Source of the DNA: Hemiscyllium ocellatum
Lineage: Eukaryota
NCBI RefSeq assembly: GCF_020745735.1
Contig: NC_083407.1
Span: forward strand, 106,630,748 to 106,694,747
Direction: 5' to 3'
DNA: 64,000 nucleotides
A program made the position numbers and the translations under genes. The notes under the pieces are model-generated. The model saw nothing but the letters and a program-made list of their open reading frames with translations. It did no database searches and was not told the DNA's origin. Of this stretch, positions 13,201 through 25,182 are shown piece after piece (within the stretch, counting starts at the first letter, position 1; every line of letters starts with the position of its first letter).

Positions 13201-16200
13201 CCTGGTAAGCATTCCACTTAAACCAGACAATACCAGTAAATGGTTCCTTCCTGGCCAAGAAATTAGCTAAATCAATGTAATGAAGAGAACTACATAACAC
13301 AGGAACTGTATACACATACACGCTCTAAAACTCTGAGTGAACCAGAAGCAAGAATAGTTTCTAATATAATGTTTACCTGGATAAAGGCATAATGATGAGC
13401 CACTATTTCACTTTCAGACTTTGAATGCAGTTGATTTATTGGAACGGAGGGCCCAGAGAAACAGGGCAAGTGCTGTATATAATTTACAAATTAGGACTTT
13501 TCCAGAAACTATCCACATCAATTCCAATTAGCCACATGATCCAAAATGGTTTACAGACTCTCAGCGCAACACAAAAACTAATTGGGATCCTCGTTCACTG
13601 CAAGTATTCCATTTCATCAATACTTCTAAATCTGTAAATGGTGCATGTAGAGAAGAAAAACAGGGGCTCACTGCAGTAAGAAACTGCTCTTAACATTCAA
13701 GAAACCTGAATCTGAGATCCAAATTTCAATAGAATGAAATAACAAATCAATGAGATGAAGACTTTCCCAGGAAGAGAGGTAGTGAAGTTGCAGTATCTAC
13801 TTGCTATCGATCGACTGCATGGGCAGCATTCAAAATGCATTTAGACCGCTTCTAGAAATCAGTATGGAGTTAACTTCAGTGCACCTACAGACAAGGGTGA
13901 ACTGGCACTTGACAAGTTGTGACATTTGACCTATTGAGTTGAAGTCACATTTCACTGACAGAAAGTTGGAATCATAGTCTTCTCTTCCCAAGGGCTCTGC
14001 AGAGGTTTCTGATCAAAGATCTCCCACAGAAAACTGAAAATATGCCCACAACTAGCACCACTTCCCTCCATGCAGCAGGAAGTCAAAAAGGGTGATTTAA
14101 AACCAGAACTTAAGATCACACTAATTCTGTAGCCCCATGGTGGTTCATCCAAAATATCTAATGTTCAAGGGTAGCCCTAACTTAAGGTACTGCACTGAAA
14201 TTTCTCACACTGTTATCTAAATTTTTCTTTTCACCATCATCCTGCAACAACCTGTTCAATATACTTCAGTATATACTTCTCCATACATGCCAGTCATCAA
14301 AGCAAAACCAATCCAATTAAAGGTACTGGAACATTTTCAAATGTAATCAGCACTGGGATCACTGATATAAACATGACAGGGATATTTAATAAGGAGGAAA
14401 CTTCTTTGAACTCAGTCACATTTCACTAACTTGGAGGAAACATATCTGTAAAAAAATTATGATGCATCTTTTGGCAAAGCAGGAGCAGTGAGGTCAGTAG
14501 GCTGGAGCAAATCAATGCAAAGATGACTGGCTCAGGATGGAGGAGTTTGTAGAGCCAGAACATGTTGCACATGACTTAGTCAGGGATCAAAGAACGAAGT
14601 ATCAGATGGAAGGAATCTGGCCAAACATCAAGGGATGAAGCAATATACACATCACAGGTTCAAGTGGAAGAATACTTGTACCGAAGATGTTATGGAGAGA
14701 CAGATATTAATTTTTTTTGGAGGTTGGGGGGGGTTTAGGCTTGGAAGCTCGCAAGTTTTATTTTTCCAACCAGTATAACTGAGGTGGTTTCTTGGAAAAT
14801 CTAGCCAAGTTTTGTGATAACACAAAAGATAGCCTCTCATCACCAAATGTACAGAGACTAACACAGTACAGTTTCACATTAGGAAGGAGCATCCAGTATT
14901 GAAACAAAGTGAACACCATCAACGAGAACAGTAAGAAGTGAAATGCAGCATCTTCCCCTCCCGTATTTCAAACATGATTCTCTCCTTCACACTGTCCCTC
15001 TCATAGAAGTCGAAAGGGACTCCCTCCTTCAGCCAGAAGTTATAAAGAGCAACTGGGCTACCTGGTCAGAGCTCCTTACCCATACGCTAAATGCCAGAGA
15101 TCTACTGCTGCCCTTGCTTCAATGCAAATCCGACAGTGCACTATTTAAATCAACACACAATATTGAAGCACTTCATTATGGTCATCAATCAAGCAAACCA
15201 TCAATATATTAAGTAGATTGTATATTCCATGATGAAGGAATATCAGACCTACCAAGCTATGGGTATTCATATAAAAATGGGAGAATGGGAATGCATGATA
15301 CGTGTTCTCTTTCAAAAAGGATGCAGCATGTACAAGACACTGCAACTGGCCTTCCACAAAACATGTCTACAAAACAAGAGCCTGTCCTATACTTGATATG
15401 AAGCAAGCTCACTTGGGAGTCCTACGCAATGTTTTTTTGAGATACATCGGAGGGTGGTTCGCCATTGGTGACGGCAGCTGTTGCTCATCACACACTGGGG
15501 TCCCAAGAAATTGACAAAGTTTCATAGTATCTGCTGGCCCATCTGACAATTTTTGCCTTATGTTATTGTGAGAAAGCACAGGAGAGCAGAAAAGTTCCAA
15601 GGACATAGCGCTTTGGAATTGGACCAAGTGTGTATTGTAGGGACTCAAATTCCCAGCAGTACTGTCATCACAAAAAAGAGTTTGCAGAGATTCTCAGATG
15701 TAAATAGATAAATTTTGTGCATTATATACATTATGTAGGTGTCTCTGAGGCAGGATATGAAATTACAACGTTAAAATTGGGGCAACCTCATTGAAGCATA
15801 TCATTTAAAAACTCTACAAGGTGGCACAAAAGTACACACTGTAGAATACATTTTATACACATTCAGACCTTTTCTGTCATAAATAAAGTTTACTCTCTAA
15901 AAATCGAACATATTTGGCATTTTAAGACACAGGGTGCACTGCAGTAAACACCACTGTGGTGCAATATAAAGGCAGTGTGCCTGTTGGTGTTGCAGGTCTT
16001 AGTAATATAATAAACCGTTATTGGAAGCCAGGGAGGAGCAGTCTCAGGCTGTATATGAACCAACCATCAAAGTGTCAGCTGTCAAAAGTGCCACACCAGT
16101 ACACCAGTTTGAGGGGGGGTGGGGGGGTGTGAAACCACTGGGACTCCCCATGTTTAAGGCGGTTTGATGCAGATTAGGATCACAAGATTCCTGCTTCACA

Positions 16201-17847
16201 AAGGTTCCGAGTGTACCTGTCACAGAGTCAGAAGAAAAATTAGGCCTCCCTTCCCTAACAGCCCTCGAATGGTTCAGAGCATCTCTTAACACCAGAAATA
16301 AGGGGAGGCCGTCCTTTTCCCTCCACGCCCAAATGAAAATGAAACAAAAGATTCAGCGACCAACCTGTAAACCAAATGACTGTTTATATCTAAGACAGGT
16401 GCTAAGCTTGTGACTTTGCTAAATTGAGTAGCGTCTCATGGAAACTGGTTCAAGCTTGAAGAAGATTGGATTTGAGGGTATTAACAATCAGGTGCTGCTC
16501 ACTCAACAAACACATCTCTGCTGGTGCTGTGGGCTAGAATAGCAGCCCAGGGATTGAAGGGGAGGGTGAGTATGGGAAGAGAAGGCAGGGAAAGGGTAAG
16601 AGAAATAAAGTTGTGATGCTTGGATAGTGGACAGGATAATGTCCAAGCATCACTTTGAACCTAGAAGCCTGTGTAATTGTTACATCTTTAAAAAGTGCCC
16701 TGAACTGGCCTCTCAGGCTGAAGTGATTCCCATGTTAGTAGTTCACACATAGAAGACTTTAGAATAAATTTCAGGATTGTATTTTAGCAAATTTTGTAAT
16801 TATTTCTGCCACCTCGCTCAAGAATCTCTCAGCAACTTTGGGGGATGTATGTGCAGAGATCGTGGGATCTAATCCAGAATGTATGTGTGTGCGTGTGCGT
16901 GCACACGCGCGTGTATACATGTATGTGTTTTTTTTTAAATATGAAAAGCCTCAATGAGCCAAACATCTACCTTTGAGTCTGATATTTAACAGTGCGCCAT
17001 TAATGGTTTTATAGATAAGTAATGTTGTCATAAAATGTACTAATGTATTTACATAAAAAATATACTCAAACTGAATGTATTACGCTCTTTTAGCCCTGAA
17101 AAGGAAGGGGGAAGAGTGTCACCAATTCCCCTTTTCAAAAAAGCACACAAGGCCCTGGCATCATTGAAAGGAAGTCACCTGAACTCTTCGCGGCTGCTTG
17201 GCAAAGTACCTGGATGAGCAACAACATTGTCTGTAAAGGGTTGGCAGCGTCTACTCGCAATATTTCCCCCCCCACCCAAGGTTTCAAATTCAATTCAGTT
17301 GGAAAAGTTGACCGTGACAGAGATGCCAGCGAAGGAGAGGTATTTGTAAATTTTTTTTTGGGGGGGGGGGTGAGTGGGGAAAATGCATGCATATGTGTGC
17401 ATGCAGAGGGGGTGAGCAGGGAGTGAGGAATTCAGACTGGAAAAAGCCCGCTAAATCCAAGTTGCTGGGTTCACTATGTGACCTGGATCTGTTGGTTGAA
17501 AGAAATTTCAGGACAATTGTTATAAAAGACAGATCGTAATGTTTGAAGATGCAAGGTGAATGAGTAGGCTGGGGATCAAGGAAGTTTCAAGTCAATGAGT
17601 GAAATGACCTAATAACAGTAAGGAGCAAAAATTAGTAAGGGTAGAGGAAACACTGACATCTCTGCCCAGCCACGTGTTAACTTTCATCTCTCAGCCAGCT
17701 TCCTGAACGGATTGCACCCGTTAGGCAGGTAGAAAAAAGAAACTGGACGATAGCCCTAAAACTCTCAAGACACCGCAGAAGAAAGGTGTGGCTGTTGCTC
17801 ACAAGCCGAAGAACAGGCGCCTCGTCGTAAAGCAATCCCGAGGAGAC

Positions 17848-19046
17848 TCACTGCGGAGCGCTAAACGGAACTGTGACATTGTTCGTGATCGCGGCAGCAG
17901 CCGCAGTTACTGAGAAGCCCGTCGGGGGCGCTATTGAGCTGTGGGTCGGCTGAACGTCCTTGGGGATGCCACTGTGGGAGGTGAGCTGCGGGCCGAAGGC
18001 GGCGCTGAACTGAGGGAGCTGCTGCTTGGCGGGACTGGAGGCTGGCAAATCAGGGGGCGAGGAAGGTCCCACTGTGGTGACGACGCCACTGCCATCGCCG
18101 AAGCTGGCCTGCGTCAGGCCCGGCAGCAGGACGGCGCTACCCGGTGTGGCGCTGGAGAAGGCCGTGTGTGTGGAGGGCGAATGAGGCGTGGACAGAGGAG
18201 TGGAGAGGGAGGTGGAGAGCAAGTGGCCCTCAGCCCCAGAGGAAATCAGGCCACTGAAGGTGGCGGGGTCACTCAGGCTGATGGTACCCCACTGGGGCCG
18301 GGGGCTGACCAGCTGGGCTGGCAGGACATGGGCAGGGAGCAGCGTCACATCTGGGGGGTACGGGGCAGGGGCGACTGTGGTGGTGGCAGGGACGTTGAGA
18401 CTATCCCCAGGGTAGGGCAGGGGCCGGGGTGGAGGAGTGGCATTGTCACTGTAGGGTGATGGCACGTGCTCACTGCTGTACGGAGACGAGCGAGAGTGCT
18501 CGCTGCCGTAGTGAGGCCGGGGTGAGATCAGATCGTCGGCTTTGCCCAGCAGGTGGCCCCTGGGCGAGCTGTGGCTGGCATCACCCCGGAGGCTGGAGAA
18601 GTGTGACTGGTGGCTTCGCTCGGTCAGCCCTCCGCTCTGGTTGACCAAAGTGGCAGAGGAGAGGCCCACATCGGAAGGGGAAGGGTAGGTGCCCTGGGCC
18701 TGACTCCCTAGGGAGCCAGCCGGGCTGGACAGTGCAGACGGGTGATGGAGGAGGTTCTCATCCAGCTCCAGGCTGGAGAAGTTCTCCGTGGAGATGCGGC
18801 CGTTGAGGAGGTCTCCCAGTTCATTGTTGACCGCTCTGCTGAGGGCTGGCATCCCTGCTGCGGCTGCGGCAGCAAACACGCCCATCCCTCTGCCCGTAAG
18901 CTCCTGGTCACCGTCTCCATCTGTGTGCGCCAGGTCACCAATGGAGCTCAGGCATTCCAACGAGGCAGCATATGAGGTCACCGCCTCCAGCGCCCGCTCC
19001 AGCTCCTCTGCTTCCTCTGTAGTTGGCAGCAGTTCACCATTCTTAC
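17848..19046 (-). CDS. INO80D: INO80 complex subunit D, last coding exon (Ser/Pro/Ala-rich C-terminus, stop TGA)
   Basis: Acceptor ...cctttag|GT AAG AAT GGT reads (G)KNGELLPTTEEAEELERALEAVTS...NFSSLELDENLL...KADDLISPR...KQQLPQFSAAFG.QL.SHSGIPKD.QP.HSSIAPPTGF. This matches the vertebrate INO80D C-terminus as I recall it and contains ORF 17848..18981. Phase 1 agrees with the upstream exon. Confidence 0.95.
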
Positions 19047-20119
19047 CTAAAGGACGGCAGCAAAAGCAAAAAAAGGCGTCACTTCACTGCACAAATGGCA
19101 CAGAACAATGGGAAGAGATTTCCTTTGCAAGTTGGACAGGATGTCAGAGGTTACTGGCTGATAGATTCTCCCTTGTAATTCACTGAAATGATTCCCTGTT
19201 CCCTCTCCTAAATTAACCACGTAGTCCTGCATATTTCTCACATCCCACCTAAATGTTAAACAGTCAGTCCGTACTCACGATCATGTCATAACCTAGTGTG
19301 ATAGTAACAGACCTTCACCTTTCATAGCACTTTAGGGTTGAACAGTGACCTATGTGCAGCCATCACATTACCCCAGTGTTATTTCTGCAATACATGTAAA
19401 CTTGAGACATACAAATTGCTGTTCCTCTATTGCTATCAAATAAATCACCCTGCTCACTCATCTCATGGTCACTACTACACGAGTGCTCTGACTGGAACAA
19501 CGAAGATTTCTACTTATTGAAATCCTTTTATAGCTTTGCTTTCCCTTTATCAAAGGCTTAGCCCAACCCCCGCCCCCCCCCACCCCACCCACCACCCCCC
19601 CGTATTTGTGCACAGCCCTCTAGAACTTCCCGAAACCTCCATCCTCCTCGCCAGTTACCTGTGTGTTGAAGAACCTCCTTAAATTCAGCCCACTTGATCA
19701 AGTTTGTGGTCACCCTCTAATTTCTGCTATTTGGTTTGGCAACTGCGTGGAACAAGAGACCTGAGAGATTTTAACTCAATCACATTATTTGGCTCTGAAC
19801 TGGGAACATTCCCACTCAAAAGGTGAGAGTGTCAGCAACTGAAAATACTTCGGGGCACCAAGGGGTTGAGAAAGGTGCTACTGAGATGCAAGTTTGCCTT
19901 TTCTCGACTCATGAAGTTAGAGGGATCTTGTTGTGCACAAACAGGTTGTCAAGTCTGCCGTTTTTGCTTCACCGCTCCAACCCAGACTGAGGAGGAATAA
20001 TGTCATGGCATCCTGTTAGTATGTCAAAGTTGGTGCTGATTTGGGAATGTATTGGGAGGTGTGGCATCAGGTCCCTGATCCTGATTAAATTCAATCCCCC
20101 TCTTTCGAGGCAAGCTCCC

Positions 20120-20770
20120 TGCCCAAATTTAGTCAAGTAAAAATGATGGGCTTGGAGCACAAGGCAGGATTCAGCCTTTATTTCAAAGGGAATGGAGTAA
20201 GAAAATAAGGAAGTCTGGCTAAAACTATGAAAGGCACTAATCAAGTCACACCCAGGGAACAGCAACCAGCTTTAGTCTCCTGAAACGAGGAAAGAAATGC
20301 TGACATTGAAGGCAGCTCAAAAAGTATAGGCTGATCTTAGCTATGGAGAGATTTTGACAGAGTTTTGAGTTGGTTGACCTTGTACTCTTTGGAGTTCAGA
20401 AGAATGAGACCTTACAGAAACATCAGAGATCTCGGGGGACTTGAACAGGGCAGATGCAGAAAACTTACTTCCGCTTCTGGGAAAGCCTACATGTTGTAGT
20501 GAGGGATCACCCACTTAAGGCAGAAATAAGAAGGAATTTCTTCTCTTATTCAGTTGCAAATCTGGAAATCTTTACTGCAGAGGGCTGTTGAGGCTGGGTT
20601 ATTAAGTTTATTCAAGGCTGAGAAAGACAGATTTTTAATCAGCAAGGGAATCGAAAGGTGGACAAAAAGGCAGGGAAGTAGAATGGAAAATTATCAGATT
20701 AGATGTGATCGCAGAGGGCTGAGCAGACTCGATAAGCCGAATGGCCAACTTTCTACTCCTGTGGCTTAGG
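20120..20770 (+). mobile_element. CR1-clade LINE 3' fragment
   Basis: gcctttatttcaaagggaatggagta...ctaaaactatgaaaggcactaatcaagtcacacc... (decayed LYKALVRPHLE region) with 3' UTR. A related piece lies at 2490-2760. Confidence 0.78.
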
Positions 20771-21402
20771 ATGTGGGGCTTGCCATAAAACCATAACTGC
20801 ATCACTCATTCATACTGTCACAGAGAGCCAAGGAATGGGTTTACCATCACTTTTTTTGTAAGCTTTAAAGGGACCTCCCTTTTACACTGACAAACATGGA
20901 ACCATCTCATCTGCAACCACCAAGACCAAAACAAGTTCAGCTGAATTGGAACAAGGTAACCCTCATGAGAATGAAAAGAAAACTGTACACAGCAGAGGAC
21001 ATGACTGTTCAGCCTATTACAAAGAGTCACCCACTTAGTCTCACGCACCTGGCTCTTGGTCCCTAGATCTTCCCACAGTAAATGTTAATTCTGAATGTAT
21101 TCAACCATTCTAAGTCTATTTACCTCTGAGATGAGGTCCAGGCCTAGCCTACATTTACAGCTTGCTTATGCTGTATAAAATGGCCATTTTAAACCATATG
21201 CCATACATCTCATATTTCAGAGATGTTCAAAGCTGAAAAGCAATAGAGACGTGGAGGGAAAAACTAAATGAAAAAAATCAGAGCAGTGTAAGAGGGTCCC
21301 AATTTGGGAAGTGGGGTCAACAGAGTGGTCACAAAGTGGTTGGTTTAGAAAAGCATAAACCCAGGAAATAATTTTATAAAGAGAGAACTCTGGTGAGGTC
21401 AC

Positions 21403-21560
21403 CTTCAAAGAGGTCGAAGTCCTGCAGATCATCAGGCAATCGTTGAAGAACCTCTGCCAACTCCTCCTGATTCAGTTCCAGGTCATTTGGCATATCGGTG
21501 ATCTCATTGGTGATGTCGTCAGGAATTTCATCAGCACTGAGTTCTGGAGTCGAGGAGTTC
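21403..21560 (-). CDS. INO80D: INO80D coding exon (158 bp, acidic region)
   Basis: cag|G AAC TCC TCG ACT CCA GAA...GAC CTC TTT GAA G|gtgacc; translates NSSTPELSADEIPDDITNEITDMPNDLELNQEELAEVLQRLPDDLQDFDLFEG; phases 2/1 fit the neighbouring exons. Confidence 0.95.
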
Positions 21561-22289
21561 CTGCATTTGGAAAGGGAAGGGATTAGGGGTCAGTTTAAAT
21601 GTAGCGCCTTCTGCCGGCATGACCAAACTGGTGCGACAGATGCTCTAACTCACAAGGAGTTAAAGAGAAAAAAAATTAGATTTGAAAATCTCAGTTTAGA
21701 CCTAACTGCTTCACACCCTTGAGTGTGTCTAGGAAGTCATGTTGTAGGCTTCAGTGAATCAAGAAAAACAACAACCTATGCTTATGCAGGCCGTTTAATG
21801 TAACAAAATATCCTAAAATATGATCACCAAACCAATGAGGAGATATTAGTCAGAGGTATGTTTCAAGGAGGAAAGAGGGGTAGAGGAAGGGAAATCCAGT
21901 GCTAAAGCGTGGAGAGAGACAGCTGAAGGCACAGCCACCAATGTTGGAGCAATTAAAGTTGGGGATGAAGAATTCGCTAAGTGCAGATATTGACAAGGAT
22001 TGTAGTGCTGGAGAAGATTACAGTGATGAGGGTTCTGACCATGGAGAAGAATTTTAAAAACTAGACACAGCTTGAAGAAGAATCAATGCATGCCAGCAAG
22101 CACAGGTTTGACAGGTGGATGGCACTTGCTTACTGCAAATTAGTACACAAGGAGCAGAGCTTTGGATAGCCTCAAGTTTATGGAGGGCACCATGTGGGAG
22201 ACCAGCCAGGATTGCAATGGAAGAGTCAGAGAGAGGTAACAGCCATGGGTAATTATTTCAGCAATCTCACACACATGCACATATCCCTA

Positions 22290-22830
22290 CACTTGGCCCA
22301 TATTCTTCTAAATCTTTTCTATTCACGTATGTCTCCAAATGTCTCTTAAAAGTTGCAGCTACACCTGCGCCCGCCACTTTCTCTGGCAGTTCAGTCCATC
22401 TACACACCACCCTCTGCATGAAAAACGTTCCCTCGGGTCCCTTTTAAATCTTTCTCCTTTCACCTTAAAATATGCTCTTTAGTTTTGAACTCCCCCACCA
22501 CAGGCAAAAGACCTTTGCTATTCTCCTTTTCTGGGCACCTCATGATTTTATAAACCTGCTCGCCGAGCTGGGAGTTTTTGTTGCAAACGTTTCGTCCCCT
22601 TTCTAGGTGACATCTTCAGTGCTTGGGAGCTTCACAGGAGGCTCCCAAGCTCTGAAGATGTCTCCTAGAAAGGGGACGAAACGTTTGCAACAAAAACTCC
22701 CAGCTCGGCGAACAGAACCAAAACAACGAGCACCCGAGCTACAAATCTTCTCACAAACTTTGAAATTTTATAAACCGCTACAAGGTCACTCCTCAATCTC
22801 CTATGCTCCAGTGAAAAAAGTCCCTATTGA
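22290..22830 (-). mobile_element. CR1-clade LINE 3' fragment (hosts the 22557 PLE)
   Basis: Reverse complement of the 290-1000 / 1655-2075 type sequence. Confidence 0.8.
22557..22764 (+). mobile_element. Mini fold-back PLE (same family as 46990-48380) with two hammerhead motifs, nested in a CR1 fragment
   Basis: Inverted pLTR arms around ~22636. CTGAAGA-t-GTCTCCT-agaa-AGGGGAC-GAAACGTT on plus (22652-22685) and the equivalent on minus (22583-22622). 12-bp TSD ATTTTATAAACC at 22545-22556 and 22765-22776. Confidence 0.88.
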
Positions 22831-23349
22831 TAACGATTCTCTGGCTCTGATAACCAACAAAAGAATGAGACGAGAGCAGTCCCAGCCAACTAGGGGTGAC
22901 AGTGGAGAGATACAGGAGGGGAATCACTGGGTGGTAAGGGTAGGGGGGGAAAGTGACTTGAATGCCACACCGTCAGTCACTCCAACCCACCATCAGAGCC
23001 ACGCTTTAAGTCAGCTAGTGCCAAAACTCTGGAATTCTCCTTTTATCTTTCTGCCTCTTGCTCCTACTTCAAGATGCTCAAGGACACCTAGCTCTTTGAC
23101 CTTTACCACTATCCCAAGTGGTTCAGGGTCAACATGAGTCAGAGTACACTCCTCAAAAGCACATCAGGACGTTTAAGTAACTTGAAAAGACCTTCACGGG
23201 AGCATCATTAGAACATCGATATATAACTGAAAAAAACCTCAACTCTATGTCTTCAAAGAACTTATTGCAGCCATAGGGTAATTCTAAACTATTATTCTTC
23301 CTAATGGTCCACATGAAAAAAGGCCTTCAACCACAATGCATCTGACCAA

Positions 23350-24180
23350 CTTCTCATACCTTACCCATGTGATCATAATTAGTAAGCTTGGTTGTGAAGA
23401 TATCCCTTATAAGCAGCCAGTAGATTCCGATTAGGTTTGAACTTCAAAAGCCACTTGAAGTGCCGAGCATGTCAGTCGGCTCTGAAAATGGACCAGTGCC
23501 TAGCTTGCATTTATGTTCCGCTACATCTTCAGAATGGCTGACCACCTCCTGGAGCATCAGGGACGCTGCATATTTTTGGCTGTTAGTGCTAGTTTGGTGG
23601 GTGCTGCTCTCACCCAAGCCTACACGTTGAGTGTATATGCTCCATCTGACCAACTGAAAGGAAGGCATGTGTTATGTTGGACTGTTCACATGCAGTAAAC
23701 TCCCACATCAGCAAGATGATAATAATCAGATAAACAATTCGAGTGCTGTTATTTGATGGATAAATACTGGCCAAGACACAAGAGTGAGAACTCATTTTAT
23801 CTTCCCAAAAGAGAGCTTGAAAACGGAATCAGATGAGGCAGATGGCATCCAACAGTGCTGCACTCCCTCGATGTCTTATTGAATTAGGTGTTAAAGTCTC
23901 TGGCATGGGGCATACACTCACAACCTGCTAACTCAGAGTTGAGAGCAGCACCCACCAAATTATCATTAATAGCCAAAAAATATTCACCATCCCCAATGCA
24001 CCAGGTGGTGGACAGCCATTCTGAAGATGTAGCTGAATTTAAATGCAAGCTAGACTCAGGTCCAGTTTCTCAAATGGCTTTGAGGTTCAGTCCTAAGAGG
24101 AATCTATGGACTGCTTGTAAGTGGTACCTTCACAACCAATGAGCTTGCTAAGTATGACCACATGGGTTAAGATAGGAGAT
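23350..24180. repeat. Imperfect ~250-bp inverted repeat with ~320-bp spacer
   Basis: 23350-23615 aligns to the reverse complement of 23937-24180 (e.g. gctacatcttcagaatggctg / cagccattctgaagatgtagc). Confidence 0.88.
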
Positions 24181-24970
24181 AAACTAACACCCATCAAATC
24201 ATCTCTCCAAGTCCTTGCATTGTCAGTCAGAGTAGGCCAAAAATTAATAAAAGACAGGGAAACAATTTCATATTAGTTTTCTGAATAAAGTGCAGGTGGT
24301 GAGACACTATAGAATTCCTCCTTTAACTCAAACTAGGGCTACTTTGTCAACATCAACCAGCTCTGAATCTCTGGTGAGCTTCTTTCTTTCACCTTGAGAA
24401 TTATCTACCTCAATATGCTGAGATAATTCTTTCATTCCTACTTTCAAATCTGTTTATCTGTAAACAATACACCTCAAAACCTGATGGACAGATTCCGATG
24501 ATATTTGATGCATGGATAGGGCACACTAAATTAAGTACTGATTAGTTTTTTTTGGTGAAGATGTAAATCGAGATCTTGGAATGTCTTAAAAAAAGAGAAA
24601 CCACAAACATTGAGAGACGAGGTAAAGTGTAGTCACTGCAGTTGTTTAAGTGTCATCTCTGTTTGGTTTACAATTTTTAGAAAAAGAGATATGTCTCAAC
24701 TCTTATGGTCCGATTGGTCACAGCTGTCAAAATCAGATCAGTTTTCGAAGCAGATTGTTAGAACTTTAGCAGCTGGTAGCTTCCAAAATTCAAGATCTCA
24801 AGATTTTGCTTTCCAGCTCTGAAGTTACAGAGCATCATTTAGACAGAAAAAAACCCCTTAATGTTACTGCTTCCAAAAGGAACATGAGGAAAAATCTACG
24901 AACCACCATCTCTTTCTCTCTCTCCCAGACACACTGTGACAAGGCAGCCTACTTTAATATTTGTACTTAC

Positions 24971-25182
24971 CGCACATGGGAGGCTGAGACTGACACTCCC
25001 AGACTAGCAGGCATAGAAAGATTGCCTTGGGGCACTGCTGGAGGAATGGGTTTCTGAGGCCGCCGTGGGCCTCTCCGCCGCTTCTTCTTGTGTTTTTTGG
25101 TAAGTGCTGGAGGCTTAGTTTTCTTCCTGGGTTTCCGCTGTTGCTGGACTTTCCGATTGTTGTCCCCTCGCAAGAAATTATC
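24971..25182 (-). CDS. INO80D: INO80D coding exon (212 bp, basic NLS-like region)
   Basis: cag|GAT AAT TTC...CAT GTG CG|gtaagt; DNFLRGDNNRKVQQQRKPRKKTKPPALTKKHKKKRRRGPRRPQKPIPPAVPQGNLSMPAS, visible in ORF 24967..25269. Confidence 0.96.

Larger units (their letters stand above)
6815..17847 (-). other. INO80D: Putative ~11 kb 3' UTR of INO80D
   Basis: Continuous TE-poor sequence after the stop codon, ending in a UGUA-rich AU block followed by AATAAA. Mammalian INO80D is known for a very long 3' UTR. The end point is inferred, not transcript-supported. Confidence 0.65.

Noticed and set aside
17941-18459. 172-aa plus-strand ORF (and 18788..19186)
   Set aside because: Antisense shadow of the GC-rich INO80D last exon; no recognisable domain.
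22607-23137. 176-aa plus-strand ORF
   Set aside because: Chance read-through across a PLE pLTR, a CR1 fragment and unique DNA.
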